From Marispirochaeta sp. (lineage in GTDB: Bacteria > Spirochaetota > Spirochaetia > JC444 > Marispirochaetaceae): a stretch of 64,000 bases of DNA. This document shows, piece by piece, positions 48,552 to 58,326 of the stretch. Every line of letters begins with the position of its first letter. Within the stretch, counting starts at the first letter, position 1. A program made the translations under genes and the position numbers. Below the pieces are notes generated by a model. That model saw only the letters and a program-made list of their open reading frames with translations, had not been told where the DNA came from and made no database searches. The stretch is from the NCBI GenBank assembly GCA_963676835.2, contig CAXXFF010000003.1, positions 480,001 to 544,000 of the forward strand, read 5' to 3'.

Positions 48552-50024
48552 ATGAAAGAAGACAGAAGAAAGGTTAAAATTCTTAAAGAAATTCAACAGG
48601 CAAGTGAGAAGCAGGATTTTAGCAGACTCCATGAGATAGCTGCAGACCAAAGTTCTTCCACTACCGATGAAGATATTCGGGCTGCTCTTACAGATGCATA
48701 TGTGTATCATTTCGGTGAACTGTCGATGGACTACGCCGGTGCAAAATACTATTCTAATGACCGCCTTGGTCATCTCGATGAAATTCTGGACCTGCTCGCC
48801 CGGCTGGTTCTGTTTTCAACAGATTCATTTTATGCAATTACTTACTCGCGCTTCCTCAGGGAGAAAGCCGAACTCCTGGCAGATGTGTCCAGTCGGAAGG
48901 TATTGCTTCAGAGCGCTATAGACTTGCTGTCCGGGAGAATGGAAACAGAGCCTGATAATATCGGATACTCAGCCGAACTGGCAGAAGCTCTGGTTGATTC
49001 TGCAGCCCTGGACAGTGAGCCGGAAACTGAGACAGACCGGACAGCGAGGCTGCTTGAGGATATGACAGCAAGCCTGGAAATTACGAATCTCGAAACAGTT
49101 GGAAGAGCAGTGGTGTATATTCGCCAGATACCGAAGTTTGCCGGTATCCCCCGGTTAAAACGTGCAATCAACGCATTCGATCAATGGGTATTCGCAAATT
49201 TGACTACATGGCCGGAAATCCCGCGAATATGGTGCTCCCTCCATATACATGCACTCCAAAGCGCCTTTAACGATACGCTTTTCAACCACTGGTACCAGGT
49301 TGCGCAGCAGCTGCCGGAGCTTATTCCGCCAGGCGCTTCGGGACTTTCGAAACTTTCGCATGATATCTTCAGCCTGGGGACAGCACTGCTCGAAAAGGAA
49401 AACGGGGAAGCCGGGGAGAAATGTCTGAGTCTCTGTCTCAAGCTGGAAGCGCTGCTTTATTCGAGCGATGGCGCCGGAAACGCCATGGTCTGGCGGAGCC
49501 TGCACTTCTCCGTTTTTCTTATCCGGTGGTATATAAATCAAAACCGGATTGAAGATGCTGTGACGCTCCTTAACACCCAGTTGGATTTCGGCCGGGCCGC
49601 CATTGCCGTCCATGGAAGCGAACCCTCCCTGCATAGCCAAATGTCGAGTTTGCTGGAGCTCAGCTTAGATCTGGCTGTGCCAGTGGACCCAAATGATCGG
49701 GAAGTGATTTTCCACGAAATAATCGAACACTGCAGCGCAAGAACCGAAGGCCTGAAACAGCAGTTCGGTGATTCCATAGACGTTGGCGGCCGGAAGGTCT
49801 GGCAGTATCTGTATTATGTCTACGAGGAAGACTTTCTCAAAATCGCCCGCTATTCACAGCTCCTCGGCAGGCGGGAAGAGGCTATTACCGTCCTGAATGA
49901 TCTGTACTCCCTCATTCGCATGCAGGAGGAAGAACTGAACCTTCACTCTATTGATTGGAGTTTGATAGTCGAAAGTGATGATTTTGCAGCGATCCGCGTA
50001 GAGTTGAGCAACCTGGACGACTGA
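48552..50024 (+). CDS. Hypothetical all-alpha (TPR-like) protein
   Basis: 490-aa Leu/Ala/Glu-rich helical ORF. Confidence 0.7.
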   Translation: MKEDRRKVKILKEIQQASEKQDFSRLHEIAADQSSSTTDEDIRAALTDAYVYHFGELSMDYAGAKYYSNDRLGHLDEILDLLARLVLFSTDSFYAITYSRFLREKAELLADVSSRKVLLQSAIDLLSGRMETEPDNIGYSAELAEALVDSAALDSEPETETDRTARLLEDMTASLEITNLETVGRAVVYIRQIPKFAGIPRLKRAINAFDQWVFANLTTWPEIPRIWCSLHIHALQSAFNDTLFNHWYQVAQQLPELIPPGASGLSKLSHDIFSLGTALLEKENGEAGEKCLSLCLKLEALLYSSDGAGNAMVWRSLHFSVFLIRWYINQNRIEDAVTLLNTQLDFGRAAIAVHGSEPSLHSQMSSLLELSLDLAVPVDPNDREVIFHEIIEHCSARTEGLKQQFGDSIDVGGRKVWQYLYYVYEEDFLKIARYSQLLGRREEAITVLNDLYSLIRMQEEELNLHSIDWSLIVESDDFAAIRVELSNLDD

Positions 50025-50034
50025 AGGAGAGTTT

Positions 50035-50415
50035 ATGGGGATAGCTATCTGCGACTTACAAACAAACGAAGTTTGCTTTTCCATCAATTTCTGGCATTGG
50101 CGGGCGATCGTTGAGGAAGTGCGCAGGCTCAATCTGCTTCCTGAAGAAACCGTTGACGGCCTGCATGAACCCTGGTGCGGTAATGGTCTCAGCAAAGAGC
50201 AGTGCCGTCAGGTCGCAATGAACCTGAAAGAAAAGACAATCCCTACTCTCGAGGACGATCATAGAATACTTATTGACGGGCAAAGAACAACTCAACCCGA
50301 CGATGGAAAGCTCTACAAGGATGAAATCGGGAAGAATTACAGTACGGATAAGGAAGTTCTACTGGAATTTGCAGACGTAATCGAAACCTGTAATGGATTT
50401 GTGGTCATTCAATGA
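50035..50415 (+). CDS. Hypothetical protein
   Basis: AGGAG SD; 126 aa; NFWHWR, DDG, NYS motifs. Confidence 0.75.
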   Translation: MGIAICDLQTNEVCFSINFWHWRAIVEEVRRLNLLPEETVDGLHEPWCGNGLSKEQCRQVAMNLKEKTIPTLEDDHRILIDGQRTTQPDDGKLYKDEIGKNYSTDKEVLLEFADVIETCNGFVVIQ

Positions 50416-50477
50416 ACACGTAATGGTAGATTTACATTTGTTATACTCCGTTTTTCCCCATATTCCCTTCTACCCTT

Positions 50478-51323
50478 CTACCCCTCAACCATAACCTTCC
50501 TGTACTCTTTAGGATTCCGGTTACAGATCTTCTTGAAGCTTTTATAGAAATTGCTCATACAGCAGAATCCTGCTTCCATGGCAATGTCTATCACCTTCAT
50601 ATCAGTGGTTAGAAGCAGCCGCTGGGCTTCATAAACCCTCAGCATGGTAATGTAATCCACAATGTTTATACCGCATTTCTGGCGGAACAGTTTAATGGCA
50701 TAATTGGGATGAATATCTGCCGCTGCGGCGATCTCCTCTATATATATCTTCCGGCGGAAGTTCAGGGTAATAAAATCATACATTGGTTTAAATGTGTTTT
50801 TATCCCGTGGAATTATAAAGGGAGAATCCTGTCCCCGTGATTTCTGCCCGGGCGACTGGGAGTCCATAAAACGCCGCAGCCTTGCCTCCACAGACAAAGC
50901 CATGGTTTTAATTTGATGCTCTTCTGTAGAGAGAGACTCTTTTTTCCATAGAGGAAAATGATGCAGATCGAGGGTTCGCAATTCCGGATTCCGCTCTATA
51001 AGCACCTGCCCATCCATTACCCGGCGTACAATTTCCGGGGGCAGATCCCAACGGAGAAAAAGTTTGGGTGGAATGGTCAGCCAGTACAGCAGGTTATCGG
51101 AAGATATATCAACCAGCTGATGGGGAACGGCTCCCCAGAAAAGTAAGGTATCTTCGGAGTGTACCTCAAACTGGTGTCCCCCTACCCGGTACTGGATCGG
51201 CTCTCCCCGATGAAAGAAGGCGAGCTCCACCTCGTCATGGCTGTGAAAGACATCCCAGGACCGTGCTTTTCCGATATCACAGCCAAATCCGAAACTTAAA
51301 TCCAATACACTATTTTGTACCAT
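50478..51323 (-). CDS. AraC family regulator (MelR-like)
   Basis: HSHDEVEL, LFWGAVPHQL, HPNYAIKLF, DIAMEAGF...FYKSFKK. Confidence 0.9.
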   Translation of the reverse strand: MVQNSVLDLSFGFGCDIGKARSWDVFHSHDEVELAFFHRGEPIQYRVGGHQFEVHSEDTLLFWGAVPHQLVDISSDNLLYWLTIPPKLFLRWDLPPEIVRRVMDGQVLIERNPELRTLDLHHFPLWKKESLSTEEHQIKTMALSVEARLRRFMDSQSPGQKSRGQDSPFIIPRDKNTFKPMYDFITLNFRRKIYIEEIAAAADIHPNYAIKLFRQKCGINIVDYITMLRVYEAQRLLLTTDMKVIDIAMEAGFCCMSNFYKSFKKICNRNPKEYRKVMVEG

Positions 51324-51418
51324 AAATATTAGAATAGTGCACAAATTCACCGTTGCCAAGGAGGTTTTTTTGTAATTATCCGCTTACCCTTGAATTATTC
51401 CAAAACGAAGGATCTGTA

Positions 51419-52612
51419 ATGACACATCGGGAAAGGATGACAGCAGCTGTAAACAAACAACCGGTAGACGAAATTCCCTGGGCACCGCGGATGGATCTGT
51501 GGTATATCGCAAACCGTGCATCGGGAACACTGGAAAAGCGTTTTGAAAACAAAAATACAGTGGAAATAGCCCGGGAAATGGGGATAGGTTGCCATGCGGT
51601 AAGGGCAGATTATACCCTTAAGCGGCCTAAAGAAGATTTAATACTGAGGGGATTCGGTCTGGACAATCACCCGGACTATCCCTTTCGCATAGAACTGAAA
51701 AAGTTTCCCGTGGAATTTGAGGCTGACGCGGAAAATCTGAAAACAACCATTAAAACACCCGCCGGGGAACTTCATACTCATATCTGGACATCTCTGGATA
51801 TGCTGAAAGACGGGATTTCCCTTCCCTTTGTAAAATCATACCCAATAGAAAGCAAGGATGACTTTGAAGCTGTCGCCCAGGTTTTTGAAAACCTCGAAAT
51901 AATACCCACTCCGGAGAACTATAAAGCCTTTCAGGACCGTACAGGAGATCAGGGCCTTACCATGGCCCATGTTCTCTCTGCGGCATCACCAATTCATCTT
52001 ATGCTCCACGATATGATTAACATGGAGCAGTTCTATTACATGTATATGGATCACCGGGATGAGATGCATGCTCTGGCAAAACGGATGGATGTGTTTTTTG
52101 AAAAAGCTCTCGATGCCGCTCTTGCCTGTGATTCAGAGGTTTTCCAGTGGGGAGCCAATTATGATCAGAATACTACCTACCCCGGGTTCTTTGAAGAAGA
52201 AATTCTTCCCTGGCTGAACAGGGCCGGCGGAAAGGCCGAGAAAGCCGGCAAAAAACTGCTTTCCCATACGGACGGAGAAAACAAGGATCTCTTTGCTCTC
52301 TACAGGGGCAGTGGAATCCATGTAGCAGAATCCGTTTGCCCGGCACCAATGACAAAATCATCCTTGAAAGAGATACGGGAAGAAATGGGAGAGGATATAA
52401 CCGTATTCGGTGGAATTCCTGCGGTAGCCCTGATGGAAGAATCCATGGATGACAAAGAGTTTAACCGTTATATGGATACCCTTTTTGAGGAGCTAGGCTC
52501 AGGCAGAGGACTCATTCTCGGAGTCTCAGACAATGTTCCTCCCAGGGCAAGTATGCAGAGAATGGAAAATGTTAAAGAACGTATCAAACAGTTTGGTCCG
52601 GTAAGTTTCTGA
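51419..52612 (+). CDS. Uroporphyrinogen decarboxylase / MtaA-CmuA-like (URO-D fold) protein
   Basis: MTHRERM...PVDEIPW, TPAGEL, YPIES.DD, FFEEEILP, SHTDGE, FGGIP, ILGVSDNVP. Confidence 0.8.
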   Translation: MTHRERMTAAVNKQPVDEIPWAPRMDLWYIANRASGTLEKRFENKNTVEIAREMGIGCHAVRADYTLKRPKEDLILRGFGLDNHPDYPFRIELKKFPVEFEADAENLKTTIKTPAGELHTHIWTSLDMLKDGISLPFVKSYPIESKDDFEAVAQVFENLEIIPTPENYKAFQDRTGDQGLTMAHVLSAASPIHLMLHDMINMEQFYYMYMDHRDEMHALAKRMDVFFEKALDAALACDSEVFQWGANYDQNTTYPGFFEEEILPWLNRAGGKAEKAGKKLLSHTDGENKDLFALYRGSGIHVAESVCPAPMTKSSLKEIREEMGEDITVFGGIPAVALMEESMDDKEFNRYMDTLFEELGSGRGLILGVSDNVPPRASMQRMENVKERIKQFGPVSF

Positions 52613-52665
52613 ATAAGGTCTATGTCATCAATTTCGGTTGATGAAAAAATATTTGGAGGTAATTT

Positions 52666-53670
52666 ATGAAACGACTTATCATTGCAGCAGTGGTATTGAT
52701 GGTTATTCTGCCCTGTCTTTTTGCAGGCGGAAGCCAGGATGGCGGAGAAGAGACAAAAACCTATAAATTCATTTATGGGTGCGGCGACGCTGTCGGTTCT
52801 TTGAATGAAAAGACCAATGCAAAAATGGTGGAACTTCTGCGGGAGAAGAGCAACGGTCAGATAGAAATCGACTGGTATCCCGGAGGACAGCTGGGCAGTC
52901 ACATGGAGCAGATCCAGAGCACTATGGGAGGCACACAGGCTCTATTCGGAGCGGTGGGCGACTGGCTTTCAAACTGGGACAAGGATTTTAATCTACTTTC
53001 CTGGGGATTTACATTCCGTGACCGTGATCATGCCCAGAAATTCCTTCAGTCAGACCTGTATAAAAAAATGACCACAAAACTTGAGGAAGAGCAGAATGTT
53101 AAGATTCTCGGTACAGTGGCGACAGACCCCAGAATTCTCTTCAGCAAAACCCCGGTAAAGACCCTTGGCGATATTGAAAACAAAAAGATGCGGGTTCCCG
53201 AAATTGAAGCCTATCTCAGACTCTGGGAAGCCCTGGGAACACGCCCCACCCGGGTCGCATGGGCAGAAGTCTATATGGGACTGAAACAGGGAGTTGTAGA
53301 TGCCTGTGAAGGACCTGTAGTAGCAGCCTATTCCAATAAGTTCCATGAAGCCGCCCCCTACGTAACCCTCACCCGCCACATAAACTCTACATTCTTCATT
53401 ATGATGAACGGTGATGCATGGAAAAGTCTTACACCGGAACTGCAGGCAGTTGTACAGGAATGTGCAGATGAAGCCCTTGAGTACTGCGGCAGTGAGTCAC
53501 AGAAATGGGTTAATGAAGCTCTGGACAAAATGAAAGCGGAAGGGGCAACACTGATCGAAGTTGACAACATAGCGGAATGGCAGAACAAGGTTCAAGGCGC
53601 CACAGCAGCTATGGAAGAAAAGGGTATGTTTTCTGCAGGACTGGTTGAACAAATCCAGGCAATAAAATAA
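52666..53670 (+). CDS. dctP: TRAP transporter substrate-binding protein
   Basis: SNGQIEIDWYPGGQLG, KMRVP, WAEVYMGLKQGVVD. Confidence 0.93.
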   Translation: MKRLIIAAVVLMVILPCLFAGGSQDGGEETKTYKFIYGCGDAVGSLNEKTNAKMVELLREKSNGQIEIDWYPGGQLGSHMEQIQSTMGGTQALFGAVGDWLSNWDKDFNLLSWGFTFRDRDHAQKFLQSDLYKKMTTKLEEEQNVKILGTVATDPRILFSKTPVKTLGDIENKKMRVPEIEAYLRLWEALGTRPTRVAWAEVYMGLKQGVVDACEGPVVAAYSNKFHEAAPYVTLTRHINSTFFIMMNGDAWKSLTPELQAVVQECADEALEYCGSESQKWVNEALDKMKAEGATLIEVDNIAEWQNKVQGATAAMEEKGMFSAGLVEQIQAIK

Positions 53671-53699
53671 AGCGCCTGTCGGGATAATTTACCATGGAT

Positions 53700-53727
53700 A
53701 ACAGGGGCCTTGATAAAGGTCCCTGTT
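53700..53727 (+). other. Intercistronic stem-loop after dctP
   Basis: AACAGGGGCCTT-GATA-AAGGTCCCTGTT. Confidence 0.6.
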
Positions 53728-53772
53728 TAATAACTACACAATTTTGCTGGTACATAATTAAAAGGAGGAAGC

Positions 53773-54309
53773 ATGAATAAAGCGCTTCGGATCTATGGAC
53801 GATGTATCGAAGGGCTTGGCATGGTTCTCAAATCCATCGGAATTCTACTTATATTTTTTATTGTTCTTTCCATATTCGTGCAGGTTGTTTCCCGGTATCT
53901 GTTCAACCGCCCCCATGTCTGGGTGGAGGAATTTGCTACCTACTGTTTTATCTGGCTTGTTTTTATCGGTGCGGCTTTTGCCCATGTTAAAGGCCGTCAC
54001 ATAATAGTAACAACTTTGATAGACAGTCTCAGCAGACGGGTTCAACTTGTTCTTTCCATATGTGCCAATATCGCTATTCTCACTTTTCTGTTTTCACTGA
54101 TACGCTTCGGCTTCAAACAGTTTGCAACAGAAATGCCGCTGCACTCAATTGCACTGCCCGTCCGTCTGCCCCGGCCTCTGTTTTATTCCTTACCGTTTTT
54201 AATAGGCACAATCTCGATGTTCATTATGACTGGGTACAACCTCCTGCTGAATCTTCAAGAGATCTTTTCTTTAAAAAACCATACCGAGTTAGAGGAGGTT
54301 GAAAAATGA
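53773..54309 (+). CDS. dctQ: TRAP small permease
   Basis: QVVSRY, WVEE, WLVFIGA, HI; four TM segments. Confidence 0.92.
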   Translation: MNKALRIYGRCIEGLGMVLKSIGILLIFFIVLSIFVQVVSRYLFNRPHVWVEEFATYCFIWLVFIGAAFAHVKGRHIIVTTLIDSLSRRVQLVLSICANIAILTFLFSLIRFGFKQFATEMPLHSIALPVRLPRPLFYSLPFLIGTISMFIMTGYNLLLNLQEIFSLKNHTELEEVEK

Positions 54310-55586
54310 TTGTAGCACTGCTTTTCGGCGGTTTGTTTGTTCTGGTTTTTCTCGGCCTGCCTGTCGCATTTTCCATCGGCATTATTACCTTTGGAAACCT
54401 TCTGATAAAAGGTGTTCCTCTGACCATTATGGTCCAGCGGATGACCAACGGACTGGATTCCTTCCCGTTTCTGGCAATTCCCCTCTTTATCCTGGCGGGT
54501 AACCTGATGAATCAGGCCGGAATTACGGACAAGATATTCTCCTTCGCTCTCAGCCTTGTGGGACATATCAGAGGAAGTCTTGCCCACGTTAATGTTGTGA
54601 CCAGTATTATTTTTGCCGGTGTATCCGGTGTGGCACAGGCAGACACAGCCGGTCTCGGTGTAATAGAAATGAAGGCAATGGAAAAAGCCGGCTACGACAA
54701 GGCTTTTTCTGCTGCGGTTACAGCAACATCATCTATCATCGGGCCGATAATTCCACCTTCTGTTATTATGGCTGTATTTTCCGTGGTTGCAGGAATTTCC
54801 CTGGGCAAGCTTTTTGTTGCAGGTTTTATTCCCGGATTGATAATGGGCGGAAGCATGATGGTGCTCATTTATATTTATGCCATCACCGGGAGAATTAAGG
54901 GCGAAGTGTATCCCCGGCCTCCGTTTAAAACAATAGTGAAGAATTTTATCGGAGCCCTGCCGGCCCTGGTTACTCCCGTAATTCTTGTTGTCGGTATGAT
55001 CGCAGGTGCTGCTACCCCTACCGAACTTGGTGCAATCTGCGTGGTCTACGGCATCCTATTGGCAGTGTATTACAGAACATTCTCCATAAAGATGATTATG
55101 GATGTTTTCTCGGAAACCCTGCAGATGGTAGGAATACTGGTTCTGGTTATTGCCGTTGCCTTTCCTTTTTCCTGGCTGGTGGCAACCTATAACATTCCTA
55201 TTCTGCTGGTGAATATACTTGAACCATTTAAACACAATGTCTGGCTTATTCTGTTAATTCTGAACATTGTTCTTTTGTTTCTGGGAATGTTCATGGAGAC
55301 TACAGCGATACTGCTCATTATGGTTCCCCTGCTCTTTCCCCTGGCAACAAGCATTGGAATAAATGAAGTTCATTTTGGAATGATAGTAATCATCAACCTG
55401 TTGATTGGTGCGGTAACCCCGCCTTTCGGTATGTGTCTGTATATTGTAACGGATATTGCCAAGGTGCCTTTTGTGCAGGTGGTAAAGGCCTCTCTGCCTT
55501 TTCTGATTCCCCTGATGTTTACCCTTTTTCTGGTAACCTACTGGCCGGATATGGTGGTATTTCTACCGAATCTTTTATTTAAATAA
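54306..55586 (+). CDS. dctM: TRAP large permease
   Basis: LAIPLFILAG, GPIIPPS, TPTE, TPPFG. Confidence 0.95.
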   Translation: MIVALLFGGLFVLVFLGLPVAFSIGIITFGNLLIKGVPLTIMVQRMTNGLDSFPFLAIPLFILAGNLMNQAGITDKIFSFALSLVGHIRGSLAHVNVVTSIIFAGVSGVAQADTAGLGVIEMKAMEKAGYDKAFSAAVTATSSIIGPIIPPSVIMAVFSVVAGISLGKLFVAGFIPGLIMGGSMMVLIYIYAITGRIKGEVYPRPPFKTIVKNFIGALPALVTPVILVVGMIAGAATPTELGAICVVYGILLAVYYRTFSIKMIMDVFSETLQMVGILVLVIAVAFPFSWLVATYNIPILLVNILEPFKHNVWLILLILNIVLLFLGMFMETTAILLIMVPLLFPLATSIGINEVHFGMIVIINLLIGAVTPPFGMCLYIVTDIAKVPFVQVVKASLPFLIPLMFTLFLVTYWPDMVVFLPNLLFK

Positions 55587-55595
55587 ACAATTAAA

Positions 55596-55620
55596 AAGGC
55601 GGACTTAAAGAGTCCGCCTT
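55596..55620. terminator. Bidirectional terminator between dctM and ulaG
   Basis: AAGGCGGACT-TAAAG-AGTCCGCCTT flanked by A and T runs. Confidence 0.8.
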
Positions 55621-55718
55621 GTATTTTTCTGTTCACCTTTTTTTACACCTTTTTACCTTTTTAACTTTTAAAAACTTTCCATCAATTTTTTCCATTTTTT
55701 AATTTTCAGCACAACTAT

Positions 55719-56792
55719 CTAAAGAAATGATTTAAACGGAATATTGGGTTCCTGCTCCATAGCATCGGTAAATCCTCTGGGGTATTTATACCGGTTTTTA
55801 TCCAGATCTGTGGGGTAAACATATTTTCCCCCCGGTGCCCATATATACAGTTTGAACTTATAATCCAGCAGATCTTTCTTGTAATCGTACAGAACTTTAA
55901 TTTCGTTGGGGTCGGCATAATAGGCAGGCCAGATGAGATAGTGGATGGGAATTATTACCTTGCAGTCAAGGTTTTCTCCCAGCCTTAAAATATCCGAGGC
56001 ACTGACTTTGTCGGAGATACCCCTGGGGTTTTCTCCGTAAGGTGCTACAGCCACATCTATATCAAAATGCTTACCGTGCCTGAGGGTGTAGTTGGAAAAA
56101 TGTGAGTCACCGCTATGATAAAAAGTACCACCTGGAGTTTTAATCAGATAATTTACGGAACGCTCATCCATATCATCCGGCAGACGGCCCACAATGCTGC
56201 CCATGGGAGGGGCTGTCACCAGGCAGGTCTTATCGAAAGACTCAAGCACGTGTATTTCCGTATCCTTGAACTTTAGAACATCCCCGGGCTTTACCATTAT
56301 AATCCTGTCTTCAGGAACACCCCATTCAAGCCATTTATCCCGGCAGAATGCAGGGCCTACAAAAGGGACATCCGGCAGCTTTAAAATAGCTCCGGAGCTG
56401 TAAATATCCATGTGGTCCATATGACTGTGAGTCGCCAGAAAAGCATCTATTTTTTTAATTTCAAAGGGATCGATATAATGGGGAATATTTCTTGGATTGA
56501 GATGAAACTGGTTACTGCCGGCTATCCGTGCAAGTGCATAATTTGAGCCTCTCGAACTTTCCGGTACATTATAATGTGATGTTTTTGCATTGCCGGAATA
56601 TAGATCGACACAGATATTGCAGTCCCCTTCCGACTTTATCCAGATACCTGTGCAGCCAAGCCACCATGATGCAAAGGTTCCTTTATCGACAACTGTCTCT
56701 TCGATGTCTTCAATAAGCCATCGTCCCCATTCGGGAAAACAGTCCATCAACCACTTCTCTTTCGTAATATTGCGTACATTATTTGTGTTCAT
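55719..56792 (-). CDS. ulaG: L-ascorbate-6-phosphate lactonase UlaG homologue (MBL fold)
   Basis: FPEWG.WL.E.IE, WWLGCTGIWIKSEG, THSHMDH, YHSGDSH, YGENPRG, IPIHY, YPRGF. Confidence 0.9.
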   Translation of the reverse strand: MNTNNVRNITKEKWLMDCFPEWGRWLIEDIEETVVDKGTFASWWLGCTGIWIKSEGDCNICVDLYSGNAKTSHYNVPESSRGSNYALARIAGSNQFHLNPRNIPHYIDPFEIKKIDAFLATHSHMDHMDIYSSGAILKLPDVPFVGPAFCRDKWLEWGVPEDRIIMVKPGDVLKFKDTEIHVLESFDKTCLVTAPPMGSIVGRLPDDMDERSVNYLIKTPGGTFYHSGDSHFSNYTLRHGKHFDIDVAVAPYGENPRGISDKVSASDILRLGENLDCKVIIPIHYLIWPAYYADPNEIKVLYDYKKDLLDYKFKLYIWAPGGKYVYPTDLDKNRYKYPRGFTDAMEQEPNIPFKSFL

Positions 56793-57045
56793 TTTTCCTC
56801 CTTAATACTGTTTCTTTCTCTTTGAATTCTTTGTTAGTTATTTTTAGATGAAATAAGATATTTCTTATTATAGCATGGATTTATCTTTATCATACTTAGT
56901 TTTTTTAACCTGTTTCAGAGCATTCTGCCGGTTCGGCATCTACAGTCCTGCACCACTTATCACAGTACTATTATGCTACTACTCACAGTGACTGCATTTA
57001 TTAATTCTTGTGAACAGCAATATGCCGTGTTAAAATCCGGCTATT

Positions 57046-58170
57046 ATGACGGGTATTGATTTTACAGAAGATGATAGTGGAAAAGTTTTTCTTGGTTTTC
57101 AGGCGGTATTCTGGTTAGCAGTCATCTGGGCTATATACAGACTGGTAAGCATGCATTTCGGGTATGATGATGACAGCCCCATATTCAGCCATTTTTTATA
57201 TGTTCTCTTTGCACTCTTTATCTGCACCCCGGTAGTGGCGATAGGCTTTTTTATTCTGCTTTTATATATAGGCTTGCAGGAGAAAATTCCCGTCCTAATC
57301 CGACTGGCTGTGCCGCTGGCAATTACGCTTGCAGTTACCTACTTCGCCCTTCAGGGTAACTGGAAAATTATACCCTTTACCGAGAAACTGGAGCAGCGAC
57401 GTATTCTCTATCTTTGGGATTCATTTGCCGTAATGAATTTAAGCATCTTTCTTTTCAACCTGTTTAATCTTCCCAAAAGTAATTCACAGGACCGTGTTGC
57501 CAATCTCCTTATTGCACTTCTTACCCTGGCTATTGGCGCCGGTACGGGATATGGAATCTATTTAGCAGTACTACTGATGATGTCCACAGGACCTGACATT
57601 TTCCTGGTCCTTGGAATAATACTTTTAATTTATCCCACATTTTTACTGCCCTTCGCGGTAATAGTAAAGCGGATTATTGGTCCCCTTCTGCATAAAGGTG
57701 AATCCGGTAAATGGAATAACTTTCCACGCCGGGTTTTCAGAAGGTTTCAATATCTTATCTCCTTTCCACTGTACTATGCTTTTTCTATTGCACTAACCCT
57801 CTCATTAAAAGGTTTTAATGGAGATGTTGGGGAAACATCCGGTGCGGTTATTGTAAGGGTCAACGGCGTGGTACAGTCCGGATCAAGTGCCCTGTCTGAT
57901 GGAATAACTGCTGTAGCAGCGCCAATTATATTACTTCTCATAGTGTATATGACCTATATTCTTTCTGCAAAAAATCTTATTCAGCTGTTCAGTCCGTTGA
58001 ACGATAAACACTCTGTTAGTATGGATACATCGGGAGCTCGGTCTTTTTTTGACAAACTACTATTGATTTCAGAGGAAGAGGCTGAAAATAATTCCAGGTT
58101 GCACCTGGTGGTGTTCAAGATAATGATGGTAGTTGCCGCAGTCGTGCTGTTTGGGATAGGTTTTATCTAA
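57046..58170 (+). CDS. Hypothetical polytopic membrane protein
   Basis: About 9 hydrophobic segments; no recognised motif. Confidence 0.75.
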   Translation: MTGIDFTEDDSGKVFLGFQAVFWLAVIWAIYRLVSMHFGYDDDSPIFSHFLYVLFALFICTPVVAIGFFILLLYIGLQEKIPVLIRLAVPLAITLAVTYFALQGNWKIIPFTEKLEQRRILYLWDSFAVMNLSIFLFNLFNLPKSNSQDRVANLLIALLTLAIGAGTGYGIYLAVLLMMSTGPDIFLVLGIILLIYPTFLLPFAVIVKRIIGPLLHKGESGKWNNFPRRVFRRFQYLISFPLYYAFSIALTLSLKGFNGDVGETSGAVIVRVNGVVQSGSSALSDGITAVAAPIILLLIVYMTYILSAKNLIQLFSPLNDKHSVSMDTSGARSFFDKLLLISEEEAENNSRLHLVVFKIMMVVAAVVLFGIGFI

Positions 58171-58326
58171 AAAGCTACACCTTTTAGCACAGCTCCTGTA
58201 TAAGGTAAATAATGTACTCCTCTGGTACCTTTTGTCGGTAAGATTGCTACCTTTTGCCAATATCACCAGTTCCTCCATATTAATACACTTTCACTGTATG
58301 GATTATTTCATATGGTGAGGTGAGCA

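Noticed and set aside
44300..50415. Integron cassette array or prophage
   Set aside because: No integrase, no recurring attC sites, mixed orientations, no phage genes.
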